Shown here: in pieces, positions 48,315 through 58,122 of the stretch
Layout: each line of letters begins with the position of its first letter
Position numbering within the stretch: position 1 is the first letter of the stretch
NCBI GenBank assembly: GCA_963812135.1
Contig: CAWETU010000001.1
Location: 1,696,001-1,760,000, forward strand
Reading direction: 5' to 3'
DNA length: 64,000 nucleotides
Source of the DNA: Vulcanimicrobiota bacterium
GTDB lineage: Bacteria; Vulcanimicrobiota; Vulcanimicrobiia; Eremiobacterales; Eremiobacteraceae
Program-made: the position numbers and the translations under genes
The notes under the pieces: generated by a model
Told to the model about the DNA's origin: nothing
What the model saw: the letters and a program-made list of their open reading frames with translations, nothing else
Databases searched by the model: none

Positions 48315-49160
48315 GTGCCAGATAAGATCACCGCGCCAGCGATCCGCGCCCGCAAGGGCGGCGCGAAGATCGCGGTCATCACCGCGTACGACGCGCCTTC
48401 AGCGCGCATCGCCGATCGCGCCGGCGCCGACATCATCTTGGTGGGCGATTCACTTGGCAATGCCGTGCTGGGCTACGACGACACGCTGTCGGTGACCGTC
48501 GATATCATGGTGCGTCACACGGCAGCCGTCACACGCACCAAACCCAACGCGCTCGTCGTCGGCGACATGCCGTGGTTGAGTTACCATCTCTCGGCCGCCG
48601 ATAGCGTGCGCAACGCCGCGCGTTTCATCGTCGAGGGCGGCGCGGGCGCGATCAAACTCGAAGGGGGGCGCAAGCGCCTGCCGATGGTCGAAGCGATCCT
48701 CGCCGCCGAGATCCCGGTGATGGGCCACCTCGGGCTCACACCGCAATCCGTGCATGCGATGGGTGGTTTCAAAGTCCAGGCCAAGCTCGTCGATGCGGCG
48801 CGTGAACTCATCGACGATGCACGCGCGCTTGCCGACGCCGGCGCGTTCGCCATCGTGTTGGAAGGCATCCCGGATATCGTGGCCGAGGAGGTCACGCGCT
48901 CGGTGCCGATCCCCACGATCGGTATCGGCGCCGGCCCGCATTGCGATGGACAGGTATTGGTCTTCCATGACGTCGTGGGCTTGAGCCCGGGCACGCCGCC
49001 CAAATTCGTCCGGCGCTACGCCGACCTCGACCGCGAAGCGACGGCCGCGGTCTCGCGCTTCTTCGACGACGTGCGTTCCGGCGCGTTTCCGTCAGATGCG
49101 GAGACCTATCACATGCCAGATGCGGATGCACGGGAGTTTCTCGCCGGCCGGCGCGTTTGA
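48315..49160 (+). CDS. panB: 3-methyl-2-oxobutanoate hydroxymethyltransferase
   Basis: TAYDA, LVGDSLG, KLEGG, GHLGLTPQ, IGIGAG..CDGQVLV. Confidence 0.97.
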   Translation: MPDKITAPAIRARKGGAKIAVITAYDAPSARIADRAGADIILVGDSLGNAVLGYDDTLSVTVDIMVRHTAAVTRTKPNALVVGDMPWLSYHLSAADSVRNAARFIVEGGAGAIKLEGGRKRLPMVEAILAAEIPVMGHLGLTPQSVHAMGGFKVQAKLVDAARELIDDARALADAGAFAIVLEGIPDIVAEEVTRSVPIPTIGIGAGPHCDGQVLVFHDVVGLSPGTPPKFVRRYADLDREATAAVSRFFDDVRSGAFPSDAETYHMPDADAREFLAGRRV

Positions 49161-50125
49161 AGATCCTTTTCTGCGACGACGGCTACTCAGAAGCGAGGCG
49201 CCGGCTCGCGCTCGAGCTGCCTGAGCATTCGATCGAGGCTACCGGCGCCGGCGAGGTGCAAGAGCACCTCGACGGTGTCGACGTGATCGTGCCCTACATG
49301 GCGCGCATCGACGCGGCGGTCATCGACGCCGGCACCTTCGGACTGGTACAGCAATTCGGCGTCGGTCTCGAGACGGTCGACGTCGACGCGGCGACGCGCG
49401 CGGGCGTGTGGGTCGCACGTATTCCGAGCGGCGGCACCGGCAACGCGGAATCGGTGGCAGAACATGCGCTGCTGCTCATGCTCGCACTCGCGCGCAAGCT
49501 GCCGCAGGCAGCCGCTGCGATGCGCGACGGCCGGCTGGGCGAGCCCGCCGGCAGTGCGCTTGCGGGCAAAACGGCGTGCATCGTCGGCATCGGCGCCGCA
49601 GGCGCAGCGCTTGCCCTGCGCCTTGCGGCGTTGAACATGCGCCTCATCGCCGTGCGCAAGAATCTTGCCGGCTCTTTGCCGGCAAACGTCGCGTTCGCGC
49701 AGACCTTCGACGTGCAGCACTTGTCAGATGCCGTTCGGGAGGCTGACTTCCTCGTCATCACGGCGCGCTACGACACAAGCGCCAAACATCTTGTCGACCG
49801 GCGTATCTTCGCAGCGATGAAGCCGGGCGCGTACCTGGTCAACGTTGCGCGCGGCGGCTTCGTCGATCATGACGCGCTCGCCGACGCATTGCGCAGCGGC
49901 CGGCTCGCGGGCGCCGGTCTTGACGTCATCGAGGGCGAGCCGGTCGCGCCGACGCATCCGCTGCTCGCGTTGAACGTCATCGCCACACCGCATGTCGCCG
50001 GCGTCACCGACCTGTCGTATGAGGGCATCGCGCGCGAGGTCGCGGACAATGTGCGCCGCTATGGACGAGGCGAAGCGCCGCGCTACGCCGTCAACGCGAT
50101 CGCGAAGCCTCGCGGCCGCCGCTGA
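49157..50125 (+). CDS. D-isomer-specific 2-hydroxyacid dehydrogenase
   Basis: SVAEH, GIGAAG, VNVARG, LDVIEGEP, TPHVAG. Confidence 0.92.
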   Translation: MKILFCDDGYSEARRRLALELPEHSIEATGAGEVQEHLDGVDVIVPYMARIDAAVIDAGTFGLVQQFGVGLETVDVDAATRAGVWVARIPSGGTGNAESVAEHALLLMLALARKLPQAAAAMRDGRLGEPAGSALAGKTACIVGIGAAGAALALRLAALNMRLIAVRKNLAGSLPANVAFAQTFDVQHLSDAVREADFLVITARYDTSAKHLVDRRIFAAMKPGAYLVNVARGGFVDHDALADALRSGRLAGAGLDVIEGEPVAPTHPLLALNVIATPHVAGVTDLSYEGIAREVADNVRRYGRGEAPRYAVNAIAKPRGRR

Positions 50126-52361
50126 GCGCGAACGAGCCCGGTTTCGAAGGCCCCGGATACCACACGCCTAGGTCGCGCAACCAGATGTCGCCCGATGGGT
50201 GCTCGGACGGCGGCGCGACGAGGTAGAGCCTCGTGAGCACGATCGGCCAGCGAGCTTGCACCGGCACGTCGGCGCTCACCGTTCGCCAACCCTTCCACGT
50301 GATGCGGCGCGCGAGGGTCATGCTGTCGCTGACCCCATCGCTGTTGCGGTAGGCGGCGCGCAGCCAGGCGCCGCTCGCGTCGCCGTACACGGTCACGCTC
50401 ACCACGAGCGGCTCGCCTTCGAGCGCGATGTCTTGTTCGATGAACGCGGCGCGCGTCGCGCCGACGCTGGCGAAGTCGTAGCTCAGATGCAGCGCCGTCG
50501 TGCCGTCGGGCGCCTTGCTGCTGTCGAGCGCCGCGGCCAAATCGCTCGGAACCTTGGTCAAATGCCAATGGCCTGGGCCGTTTCCCGGCATCATCGCGGA
50601 TTCGAGGCCGACCTCGTGCGCGCCGACCAGCAGGGTCGCGGCTGCGCGCGCGCCGCCCGCCCGCGCGACGACGTCGGCGCGAGACGCCACGCCGGAGCTG
50701 CGGAACGCTCCGTTGTCGTCGATCAAACCGCCATCGCCCGTCGCGGACCAGTGCACCGCCTCCGGATCTACCGCGATCGCGGATCCGTCGGCGCGGGTCG
50801 CGGTGACCTGCAGCTGCACCACCGTTGCAGGCGCGTAGGCGCGCTCGAGCCCGGCGAAGCGCAGCGAGTCGACGCGCGGCACTACCACGATCGTCAGATC
50901 ACCGCTTGCTTGGCCCGCGTGCGCAGTCACCGTCAAGACGCCGGGTGCTCGCGCTGACAGCAGGCCGTCTGCGTCGATAGTCGCTGCACCGGCAGGCGAC
51001 AGCGAATACGTCACGCGCCCGTCCGGCGCGACCGGCTGATCGTTGACGTCGACGCCCTCCGCCGCGATCGCGAGATGGCTGCCGACGAGCACCGCGGGCG
51101 CGCGCGAGCGCAGCACGACCCTGGAAGCAGGCCCTGGCGTCGCAGCATTGATGACGAACAAACCATCGGCGATCGATCGTTCCCGTCCGTCCGAGGGAAC
51201 GTTCGCGATCGTGACGTGCGGATCGCCCAGGTGCCGGACGACCATCTCGGTGGACCCGCCGCTGTCGAAGGCCATCGCATCGGACGCGCCGAGCGCGCTG
51301 AAGAGCGACGCGAGCATCGGGCGCGTGATGCCGATCGAACGCGCGGGCGCGCGGCCGTCCACGGTCACGAGCCACAGCGTCGCGCCGTCCGCGGACGTGC
51401 CCGCGCCGGTCAATGGATAGCGCACGTCGCGTTCCTCCGGCGATGGGGAATCCGGATCTTCGTACGGCGCGCCGTCGCGCAACAACACGGGACCACCGCC
51501 GACGCCCTCGCGCGCGCCGGGCACGTCCGGATCGAGCCGTTGCTCGAGCGTCACGAGGTCGCCCTCGTGGAATGTGTGCAGCAAATCAACGGCGGCGGTG
51601 CCTCGGGCGGCGATGCCAAGATCGGTTGGACGCAACGGCAAGAACGTCAGCTGGTCGGTGACCGCATGTTGCACCTGATAACGGCCGTCCGCCGCCGGAA
51701 TGAGCACGAGTTCTGCCTGCGCGTCTGCTCGGCTTGGCATTCCGAACGACTGGGTGAACAACATCATCTGCGTGCCATGGGACCAATCGTTCACGCTGTC
51801 GATGGCGACGCCATCGCCGCTCGGCGCGACCAGGCGCATCTGCAGCGACACCGGACCCATGACGATGCGATTGCCGTCACCGATGCGCAGCGTCGCGCGC
51901 CCATTGGGCGCGTGCTGGATGATGCCGTGCGCGAGCACGAGGTTCGTCGGCTCGCCGTTGCCGCTGATGTCGAAATAGTCCGCATTGATGCCGATTTCGG
52001 CTGCGCGCCGATCGGCCATCGTCGAAAGCGGCTCGCCGGGGCCGACGATGCGATCGTAACGCGTTCCGACAGCAAGCGCGACGTTCGGGTTGTGCAGGTC
52101 GACGCGCGCGATCGACAACGTCAGCGGCCCGCCGGCCGTCGCAAGGCGCCATCGTTCGAATTCCACACCTGGTCCGATGTGCTCGGTCGCGACTTGTGAG
52201 CTGCTGATGACCGGCCAGCCAGCCGGTTGCACGAAGGCCGCTTGGTGGAAGATCAGCATCCCGTCGTTGTCGACGCGCGACGGCGTCGGCTCGGCGGCGC
52301 GCACGCTCGCGATTAAGAGAATGCACGCACAGGCGGTAAAAGCGAGCTTCGCGGTGAACAC
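50091..52361 (-). CDS. Exported phosphodiester glycosidase (NAGPA) family protein with Ig-like and carbohydrate-binding-like domains (start uncertain)
   Basis: INADYF, GGGPVLL, VTVDGR, FDSGGST, PSDGRERSI. Confidence 0.82.
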   Translation of the reverse strand: MFTAKLAFTACACILLIASVRAAEPTPSRVDNDGMLIFHQAAFVQPAGWPVISSSQVATEHIGPGVEFERWRLATAGGPLTLSIARVDLHNPNVALAVGTRYDRIVGPGEPLSTMADRRAAEIGINADYFDISGNGEPTNLVLAHGIIQHAPNGRATLRIGDGNRIVMGPVSLQMRLVAPSGDGVAIDSVNDWSHGTQMMLFTQSFGMPSRADAQAELVLIPAADGRYQVQHAVTDQLTFLPLRPTDLGIAARGTAAVDLLHTFHEGDLVTLEQRLDPDVPGAREGVGGGPVLLRDGAPYEDPDSPSPEERDVRYPLTGAGTSADGATLWLVTVDGRAPARSIGITRPMLASLFSALGASDAMAFDSGGSTEMVVRHLGDPHVTIANVPSDGRERSIADGLFVINAATPGPASRVVLRSRAPAVLVGSHLAIAAEGVDVNDQPVAPDGRVTYSLSPAGAATIDADGLLSARAPGVLTVTAHAGQASGDLTIVVVPRVDSLRFAGLERAYAPATVVQLQVTATRADGSAIAVDPEAVHWSATGDGGLIDDNGAFRSSGVASRADVVARAGGARAAATLLVGAHEVGLESAMMPGNGPGHWHLTKVPSDLAAALDSSKAPDGTTALHLSYDFASVGATRAAFIEQDIALEGEPLVVSVTVYGDASGAWLRAAYRNSDGVSDSMTLARRITWKGWRTVSADVPVQARWPIVLTRLYLVAPPSEHPSGDIWLRDLGVWYPGPSKPGSFALSGGREASRSR

Positions 52362-52370
52362 GCGCGCACG

Positions 52371-53207
52371 ATGAAACAACACGATCCTCAAGTGCGTCGG
52401 CGTCCGCAGTGGTCCCTGCGAACGCTCTTTTTCTGCGTCGCCGGTCTTGTCGCATTCGCATTGCCCGTCAGCGCGGACGATGCGGTGCCGATCGCGCTGC
52501 ATCTAACGCCCGGCCGCTACGTACGCACGCAAAAACTCGTGCACCTCATCACATTTGACATGACCAAGTCCCTCAAGGCGATGGCCGGGGGCCGGGCAGA
52601 CGATCAGACCATCCTCGAAGACCGCGACCAAGTGATGATCGTCAAGGCCGGCAACGCGATCAACATCTCGGAGACGAACACGCGGCATTACGGCGGCGAT
52701 CATCCGAAAGGGAGCGACAGCAAGGTCCGGACGTCGACGTACGACGGCACGATCGCGCCCAACGGCGTGCTCACGCCGCCGCAAGCGGTGCTCGAAGACG
52801 CTGGCGACGGCGCGCTGGACCAACTGCCGGATATCCCGCTTGCCCCCGGCCAGTCATGGACCTTTTCACGACACGTGAAGGCCGAACGCGAATTGGGTGA
52901 CGGTCCGATGACCTATCTCGACAAAGTCCAAAAAATCGAGGATCGGAACGGCCATCGCATCGCGATCATCAGCGTGACCGGCAACGGAACCATGACACCA
53001 GCCAAAGATCTGCAAGAGCACGGCTTCAAGAACGCGCCGATGGATCTCTCGGGGACCGCCGAGTTCGATACGACCACCGGGCTGCCTGGCGTGCAGCACT
53101 ACACCGCCAAGGTGCGTTGGGGCACGGTCGTGATGTTCGCGCACATCGGCGTCGTCCTCACTGATACCTACGATGCGACCCCGGTCGAGCCCAAACCGCA
53201 GAGTTGA
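52371..53207 (+). CDS. Hypothetical exported beta-rich protein (start uncertain)
   Basis: Signal peptide; LPDIPLAPGQSW, GTAEFD..TG. Confidence 0.7.
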   Translation: MKQHDPQVRRRPQWSLRTLFFCVAGLVAFALPVSADDAVPIALHLTPGRYVRTQKLVHLITFDMTKSLKAMAGGRADDQTILEDRDQVMIVKAGNAINISETNTRHYGGDHPKGSDSKVRTSTYDGTIAPNGVLTPPQAVLEDAGDGALDQLPDIPLAPGQSWTFSRHVKAERELGDGPMTYLDKVQKIEDRNGHRIAIISVTGNGTMTPAKDLQEHGFKNAPMDLSGTAEFDTTTGLPGVQHYTAKVRWGTVVMFAHIGVVLTDTYDATPVEPKPQS

Positions 53208-54016
53208 GCCCGCCCCGTAAGCGCGCAGCACCAACGCCGTTGGAGGCCGCGGTGCTCGAGGGACTTGACGCCGCCGGATTACGCGAGCGCGCCGCGGCAG
53301 TCGTCATCGATCTGCGGACCGGCGCGACCGGCGCGTGGCGGGCCGACGAGGACATCTATCCCGCGAGCATCATCAAGCTGGCACTGATGGTCGAAGCGTC
53401 ACGGCGCTTCGACGACGGTTCGGTTGCACCCGATGCGCGCATCGCCGTCACGCGGAACAATCTCACGCCGACATCTGAAGCGACGCCGTTGATCGAAGGC
53501 TATAGCGCGCGGGTCGCCGAGCTCGTGGAGTTGATGATCGAACGCTCGGACAACATCGCGACGAATCAGCTCATCGATCTGCTGGAACGCACGCGCGTCG
53601 ACGATGCGATGCGCGCCTTGGGGCTTGCCCATTTCCATCTGGGGCGCAAACTTTCAGGTGCCGAGCCGCTGGTCGACGATCCCGAATCGGGCGAGCGCAA
53701 TTCGATGCCGCCGGCAGACGCGGCGAGACTGCTCGGCCTCATCGCGAACGGCGCCGTGCCACGCGCGGCGCAACAACGTGAATTGCTCGCGCGCTGCGTC
53801 GATCGCACCAAGCTCGCAGACGGTTTGCAGCCTGGCGATCGCTTCATGCACAAGACCGGCGAAACGAGTGCGGTAGCTCACGATGCGGGGATCCTGCGAA
53901 CCGCTCGCGGCCAAGAGTATGTAGTCGTTCTCTACACGACGGGGCACCGGTCCGTGCTGGGCGGTCCTCATGCCGCAATGGCGGCGTGGATGCGTTCCGT
54001 GCGAGCCCACCTCTGA
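53204..54016 (+). CDS. Serine hydrolase, class A beta-lactamase-like
   Basis: SIIK (SxxK), SDN, HKTG, HDAG. Confidence 0.85.
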   Translation: MSPPRKRAAPTPLEAAVLEGLDAAGLRERAAAVVIDLRTGATGAWRADEDIYPASIIKLALMVEASRRFDDGSVAPDARIAVTRNNLTPTSEATPLIEGYSARVAELVELMIERSDNIATNQLIDLLERTRVDDAMRALGLAHFHLGRKLSGAEPLVDDPESGERNSMPPADAARLLGLIANGAVPRAAQQRELLARCVDRTKLADGLQPGDRFMHKTGETSAVAHDAGILRTARGQEYVVVLYTTGHRSVLGGPHAAMAAWMRSVRAHL

Positions 54017-54081
54017 CGGCCCATCCGCCGAACGTCGCACGCATGCCAGGGTCGGAATAGGCGGAGGCGAACACAGGATTT

Positions 54082-57000
54082 GTGCCTGATACGCGCGTCG
54101 TCGTCACACTGCCGGAAATGGGTGAGTCGGTAACCGAAGGCACCGTCACAGCCTGGCGTAAGCGCGTCGGCGATACGGTCGAAAACGGCGAGGCGCTCGT
54201 CGACGTCACCACCGATAAGGTCGACGTCGAGGTCCCCGCGCCGGCTGCCGGTAAAGTCGTCAAGATCCTCGCGGACGAAGGCGCGACCATCAAGGTCGGC
54301 GGCCCGCTCGCCGAGATCGAGACCTCGGGCGACGGGGTCAAGAGCACCTCCGCCCCCACAAAACGTGCCGAGCCGGTCGAGCAAAATCGGCCGCAACAAC
54401 CACCTGCAGCGTCGGTCGAACAAGTTCGACCGCTACAGACTTCCGTCGACGCATCGCCATTGGCGTTGCGCGCGGCGGCGCTGCGCAACGTCGAGCTCAA
54501 CGGCATCAAGGGCAGCGGTCCAGGCGGAATCGTGCGCCGCTCGGATGTGCTCGGCGATGGCGCCGTGCGAACGATCGAGCAAGCTCGACCGCTACCAACG
54601 CCTGCCGTGACGGTCGACCAAGCTCCACCGCTACAACCGCCTGCGTCGCCGGTCGAGCAAGCTCGACCGCTACAGCCCAGCGCACCCTTACCGCCTGGCG
54701 CGACGCCGCTCAAAGGCCCGGCTGCTGCGCTCGTCAACTATATGGAAGAGAGCCTGTCGATCCCGACCGCGACCAGCTTCCGCACGATCGCCGTCGACAC
54801 GCTCGAGGTGCGGCGCCGCGACCTTAATAACGCTTTGCGCACCGCCGGCCGCGCAGAAAAGGTCTCGTTCACCCACCTCATCGGTTTTGCGCTGGCGCTC
54901 GCGACGCATCAAGTGCCGGTGATGACTGCAGCGTTCCGGCGCGAGGGCGACCAGGCTGTCCGCGTTGATCAGCCGTGCAATCTCGGCCTGGCCGTCGACA
55001 TGCAGCGCAAGGACGGCAGTCGTTTTCTTATCGTGCCCGTCATCCGCGACGCAGACAAGCTCGATTTCGCGACCTTCCATCGGACGTACGAAGCGCTCGT
55101 CGCCAAGGCGCGCGCCGGCGCACTGACGCCTGGCGATCTCACGGGCGCGAGCATGACCCTCACCAATCCGGGCGGCATCGGCACCGTCGCGTCGGTGCCG
55201 CGCCTGATGCCCGGGCAAGGCTCGATCATCGCGACCGGCGCCATCGGCTATCCGCCGGGGCTCGCATCGGTGCCGGAATCATCCCTGCGCGCGATGGGCG
55301 TCGCCAAAGTCATGACGCTGACGAGCACCTACGATCACCGCATCATCCAAGGCGCGCAATCGGGCGAATTCTTGCGGCGCGTCGAAGAGCTGCTCAACGG
55401 CGCCGACGGTTTTTACGACGCGCTGTTCGCGAGCCTGGGTCTTCCCAAACCCGCCGAGGTGTCGCGCATCGAGACGCGCGCGCCCGGCACGCAAGCGCCG
55501 GCTCCCGCGAGCCCGGAGCTCTTGCGCGCCGCGACCGCCGGCGCGTCGCTTGTCGCGCGCTATCGCAATTACGGGCACACCGCGGCGACGCTCGATCCGC
55601 TCGGCGAGCCGCCGGCGGGCGATCCTGCGCTGGATCCCGCGAGTTTAGGGCTGACGCTGCCGTTGATGGAGTCGGTGCCCTCGTCGCTGCTTCGCATTCA
55701 TCTGCCGGGGAGCACTCTCGCCGAAGTGCTGCCGCGTCTGCGCGACACGTATTGCGGCACGATCGCGTATCAGATGGAACACATCTCGAGCCACGCGGAG
55801 CGCGGCTGGCTGCGCGAACAGATCGAATCGGGCGTGCATCGGCGTCCGCTGTCACGCGAGGAGGCCTTGCGGCTGCTCGATGCGCTCACCAGCGTCGAAG
55901 TGTTCGAACGCTATTTGCGCAGGTCGTTTATCGGCCAGAAGACGTTTTCGATCGAAGGGCTCGACGCCATGATCCCGATGCTCGAGGTCATGCTCGATCA
56001 GCTCGCGGCAGACGGCGTCAGCGAAGTCGATATCGGCATGGCGCACCGCGGCCGGCTGGCCGTCATCACGCACGTCGTCGGCAAACCGTTTGAGGAGGCG
56101 CTGCGCGAATTCGAAGTGGCCGAAAAGCGCGGCGACACCGATCTGCCGGGCGACGTCACCGGCGACGTCAAATATCACCAGGGCGCCGCGGGCGTGCGCC
56201 AGTCGCCGGCTGGCAAGAACATCCGCGTGGTCCTCGCATCCAATCCGAGTCATCTCGAAGCGGTCGACGCGGTCGTCGAAGGCAACACGCGCGCGGCCCA
56301 GACCGATCGCTCGCGCAACATCGCGGCGCAGGACGTGCAAAAGGCCGCCGCGTTGCTGATCCACGGCGACGCGGCGTTTCCCGCGCAAGGCGTGGTCGCC
56401 GAAGTCCTCAACATGCAGCTGCTGCCAGGCTACACGACGGGCGGCACGATCCACGTCATCGCCAACAATCAGATCGGCTTCACTACGACGCCGGGCGAAG
56501 GACGCTCCACGCGCTACGCGAGCGATCTTGCCAAGGGCTTCGATATCCCCATCATCCACGTGAACGCGGACGACGTCGAAGCGTGCATCGCCGCGGTGAG
56601 CCTGTCAGTCGCGTTCCGCAAGCAGTTCAAGCGCGACATCCTCATCGACCTCGTGGGTTACCGGCGCTTCGGCCACAACGAGACCGACGAGCCGGCGTAC
56701 ACGCAGCCGATCATGTACGAGCGCATCAAGAACCATCCGACGGTGCGCGAGATCTATGCGCGACGGCTCGTCGAGCGCGGCCTCATCTCCGAGGACGACG
56801 TGAAGACATTGCTCGACAACGCGCAGCGCCGCATCGCGGGCGCGCACGCGGCGGTCAAGGGCGGCAGCGGCGAACCCAAAGCGCCGGCACCGGAGACCGG
56901 CAAGAACGGCGCGACCGACAATGCGATGGTCGACACGCGCGTGCCGGCCGACCAACTGCGCAAGCTGAACGAAGAGCTCGTCGCCGTGCCTGCCGGATTC

Positions 57001-58122
57001 GTCGTACATCCGAAGCTGACCCGACAGCTCGAGCGGCGGCGCGGCGCGCTTGGCGCCGGCGGCACGATCGACTGGGCGCTGGGCGAGGCCTTCGCGTTCG
57101 GCACGTTGCTCATTGCGGCGACCCCGGTCCGTCTCACCGGCCAAGACACAGAGCGCGGCACCTTCAGCCACCGGCACCTTGTCCTGCACGATCCGAAAAC
57201 CGGAGACAGCTACGCCCCGCTGCAACACCTGTCCGGCGCACGTGCATCGTTTGAGATCTATAACAGCCCATTGTCCGAATACGCCTGTGTCGGCTTCGAG
57301 TACGGCTACAGCGCCCACGCGCCCGAGGCGCTCGTCCTGTGGGAAGCGCAATTCGGCGACTTCTTCAACGGCGCGCAGATCATCATGGACCAGTTCATCT
57401 CGGCTGGCCAAGCCAAATGGGGCGAATCGCCGCGCCTCACGTTGCTGCTGCCGCACGGCTACGAAGGCGCGGGTCCAGAACATTCGAGCGCGCGGCTGGA
57501 GCGCTTCTTGCAGCTTGCCGGCGATAACAACCTGCGCATCGCAAATCTGACGACGCCGGCGCAGTACTTCCATCTTCTGCGCGATCAGGCGATGCGCCCC
57601 AAACCGCGCCCGCTCGTCATCATGACGCCGAAGAGCTTGCTGCGCCTTGCCGCCGCCAGCTCGACGGCCGCCGATCTGACCGAGCGCGGTTTTATGCCGG
57701 TCATCGACGACGCGACCGCGCGCGACCGCAAGAAGATCGAGCGCCTCATCCTCTGCAGCGGCAAGATCTACTACGACCTGACGATGGACCCGCTGCGCCA
57801 GGCGGCCACGGATCTGGCGATCGTGCGCGTCGAACTGCTCGAGCCCTTCCCGCTCGACGAAGTGCTGCAGCTCGTCAAATCGTATCCCTCGCTCAAGACC
57901 GTCGCCTGGGTCCAAGAGGAGCCGAAGAACATGGGCGCGCGCGCCTTCGTTTCGCGGCGTCTGCGCGAGCGGCTCACGCCGATGAACATCGCGTTCGGCT
58001 ACGTCGGCCGGCCCGACCGCGCCAGTCCGAGCGAAGGCTATCCCGGCCCGCATGCGGTCGAGCAGGAACGCATCGTGCGTGCTGCGCTTTCCCAGCCGAT
58101 CTATAAGGAGACGCCGCAGTGA
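54082..58122 (+). CDS. kgd: Multifunctional 2-oxoglutarate dehydrogenase: lipoyl, E3-binding, E2 succinyltransferase and E1 domains
   Basis: TDKVDVEV, GSGPGGIV, YDHRIIQGAQSG, GMAHRGRL, HGDAAF, WEAQFGDF, PEHSSARLERF. Confidence 0.93.
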   Translation: MPDTRVVVTLPEMGESVTEGTVTAWRKRVGDTVENGEALVDVTTDKVDVEVPAPAAGKVVKILADEGATIKVGGPLAEIETSGDGVKSTSAPTKRAEPVEQNRPQQPPAASVEQVRPLQTSVDASPLALRAAALRNVELNGIKGSGPGGIVRRSDVLGDGAVRTIEQARPLPTPAVTVDQAPPLQPPASPVEQARPLQPSAPLPPGATPLKGPAAALVNYMEESLSIPTATSFRTIAVDTLEVRRRDLNNALRTAGRAEKVSFTHLIGFALALATHQVPVMTAAFRREGDQAVRVDQPCNLGLAVDMQRKDGSRFLIVPVIRDADKLDFATFHRTYEALVAKARAGALTPGDLTGASMTLTNPGGIGTVASVPRLMPGQGSIIATGAIGYPPGLASVPESSLRAMGVAKVMTLTSTYDHRIIQGAQSGEFLRRVEELLNGADGFYDALFASLGLPKPAEVSRIETRAPGTQAPAPASPELLRAATAGASLVARYRNYGHTAATLDPLGEPPAGDPALDPASLGLTLPLMESVPSSLLRIHLPGSTLAEVLPRLRDTYCGTIAYQMEHISSHAERGWLREQIESGVHRRPLSREEALRLLDALTSVEVFERYLRRSFIGQKTFSIEGLDAMIPMLEVMLDQLAADGVSEVDIGMAHRGRLAVITHVVGKPFEEALREFEVAEKRGDTDLPGDVTGDVKYHQGAAGVRQSPAGKNIRVVLASNPSHLEAVDAVVEGNTRAAQTDRSRNIAAQDVQKAAALLIHGDAAFPAQGVVAEVLNMQLLPGYTTGGTIHVIANNQIGFTTTPGEGRSTRYASDLAKGFDIPIIHVNADDVEACIAAVSLSVAFRKQFKRDILIDLVGYRRFGHNETDEPAYTQPIMYERIKNHPTVREIYARRLVERGLISEDDVKTLLDNAQRRIAGAHAAVKGGSGEPKAPAPETGKNGATDNAMVDTRVPADQLRKLNEELVAVPAGFVVHPKLTRQLERRRGALGAGGTIDWALGEAFAFGTLLIAATPVRLTGQDTERGTFSHRHLVLHDPKTGDSYAPLQHLSGARASFEIYNSPLSEYACVGFEYGYSAHAPEALVLWEAQFGDFFNGAQIIMDQFISAGQAKWGESPRLTLLLPHGYEGAGPEHSSARLERFLQLAGDNNLRIANLTTPAQYFHLLRDQAMRPKPRPLVIMTPKSLLRLAAASSTAADLTERGFMPVIDDATARDRKKIERLILCSGKIYYDLTMDPLRQAATDLAIVRVELLEPFPLDEVLQLVKSYPSLKTVAWVQEEPKNMGARAFVSRRLRERLTPMNIAFGYVGRPDRASPSEGYPGPHAVEQERIVRAALSQPIYKETPQ
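54374..54674 (-). repeat. Five REP-like palindromes in frame within kgd (2 + 3 copies, 39-nt period)
   Basis: Plus-strand consensus CGGTCGAG-CAAG-CTCGACCG-CTACA at 54374, 54413, 54572, 54611, 54650. Confidence 0.8.

Noticed and set aside
54374..54674. Palindromic repeat with variable spacers as a mini CRISPR array
   Set aside because: Spacers are only 14 nt, the array is in frame within a gene, single copies occur elsewhere, and there are no cas genes in the window.
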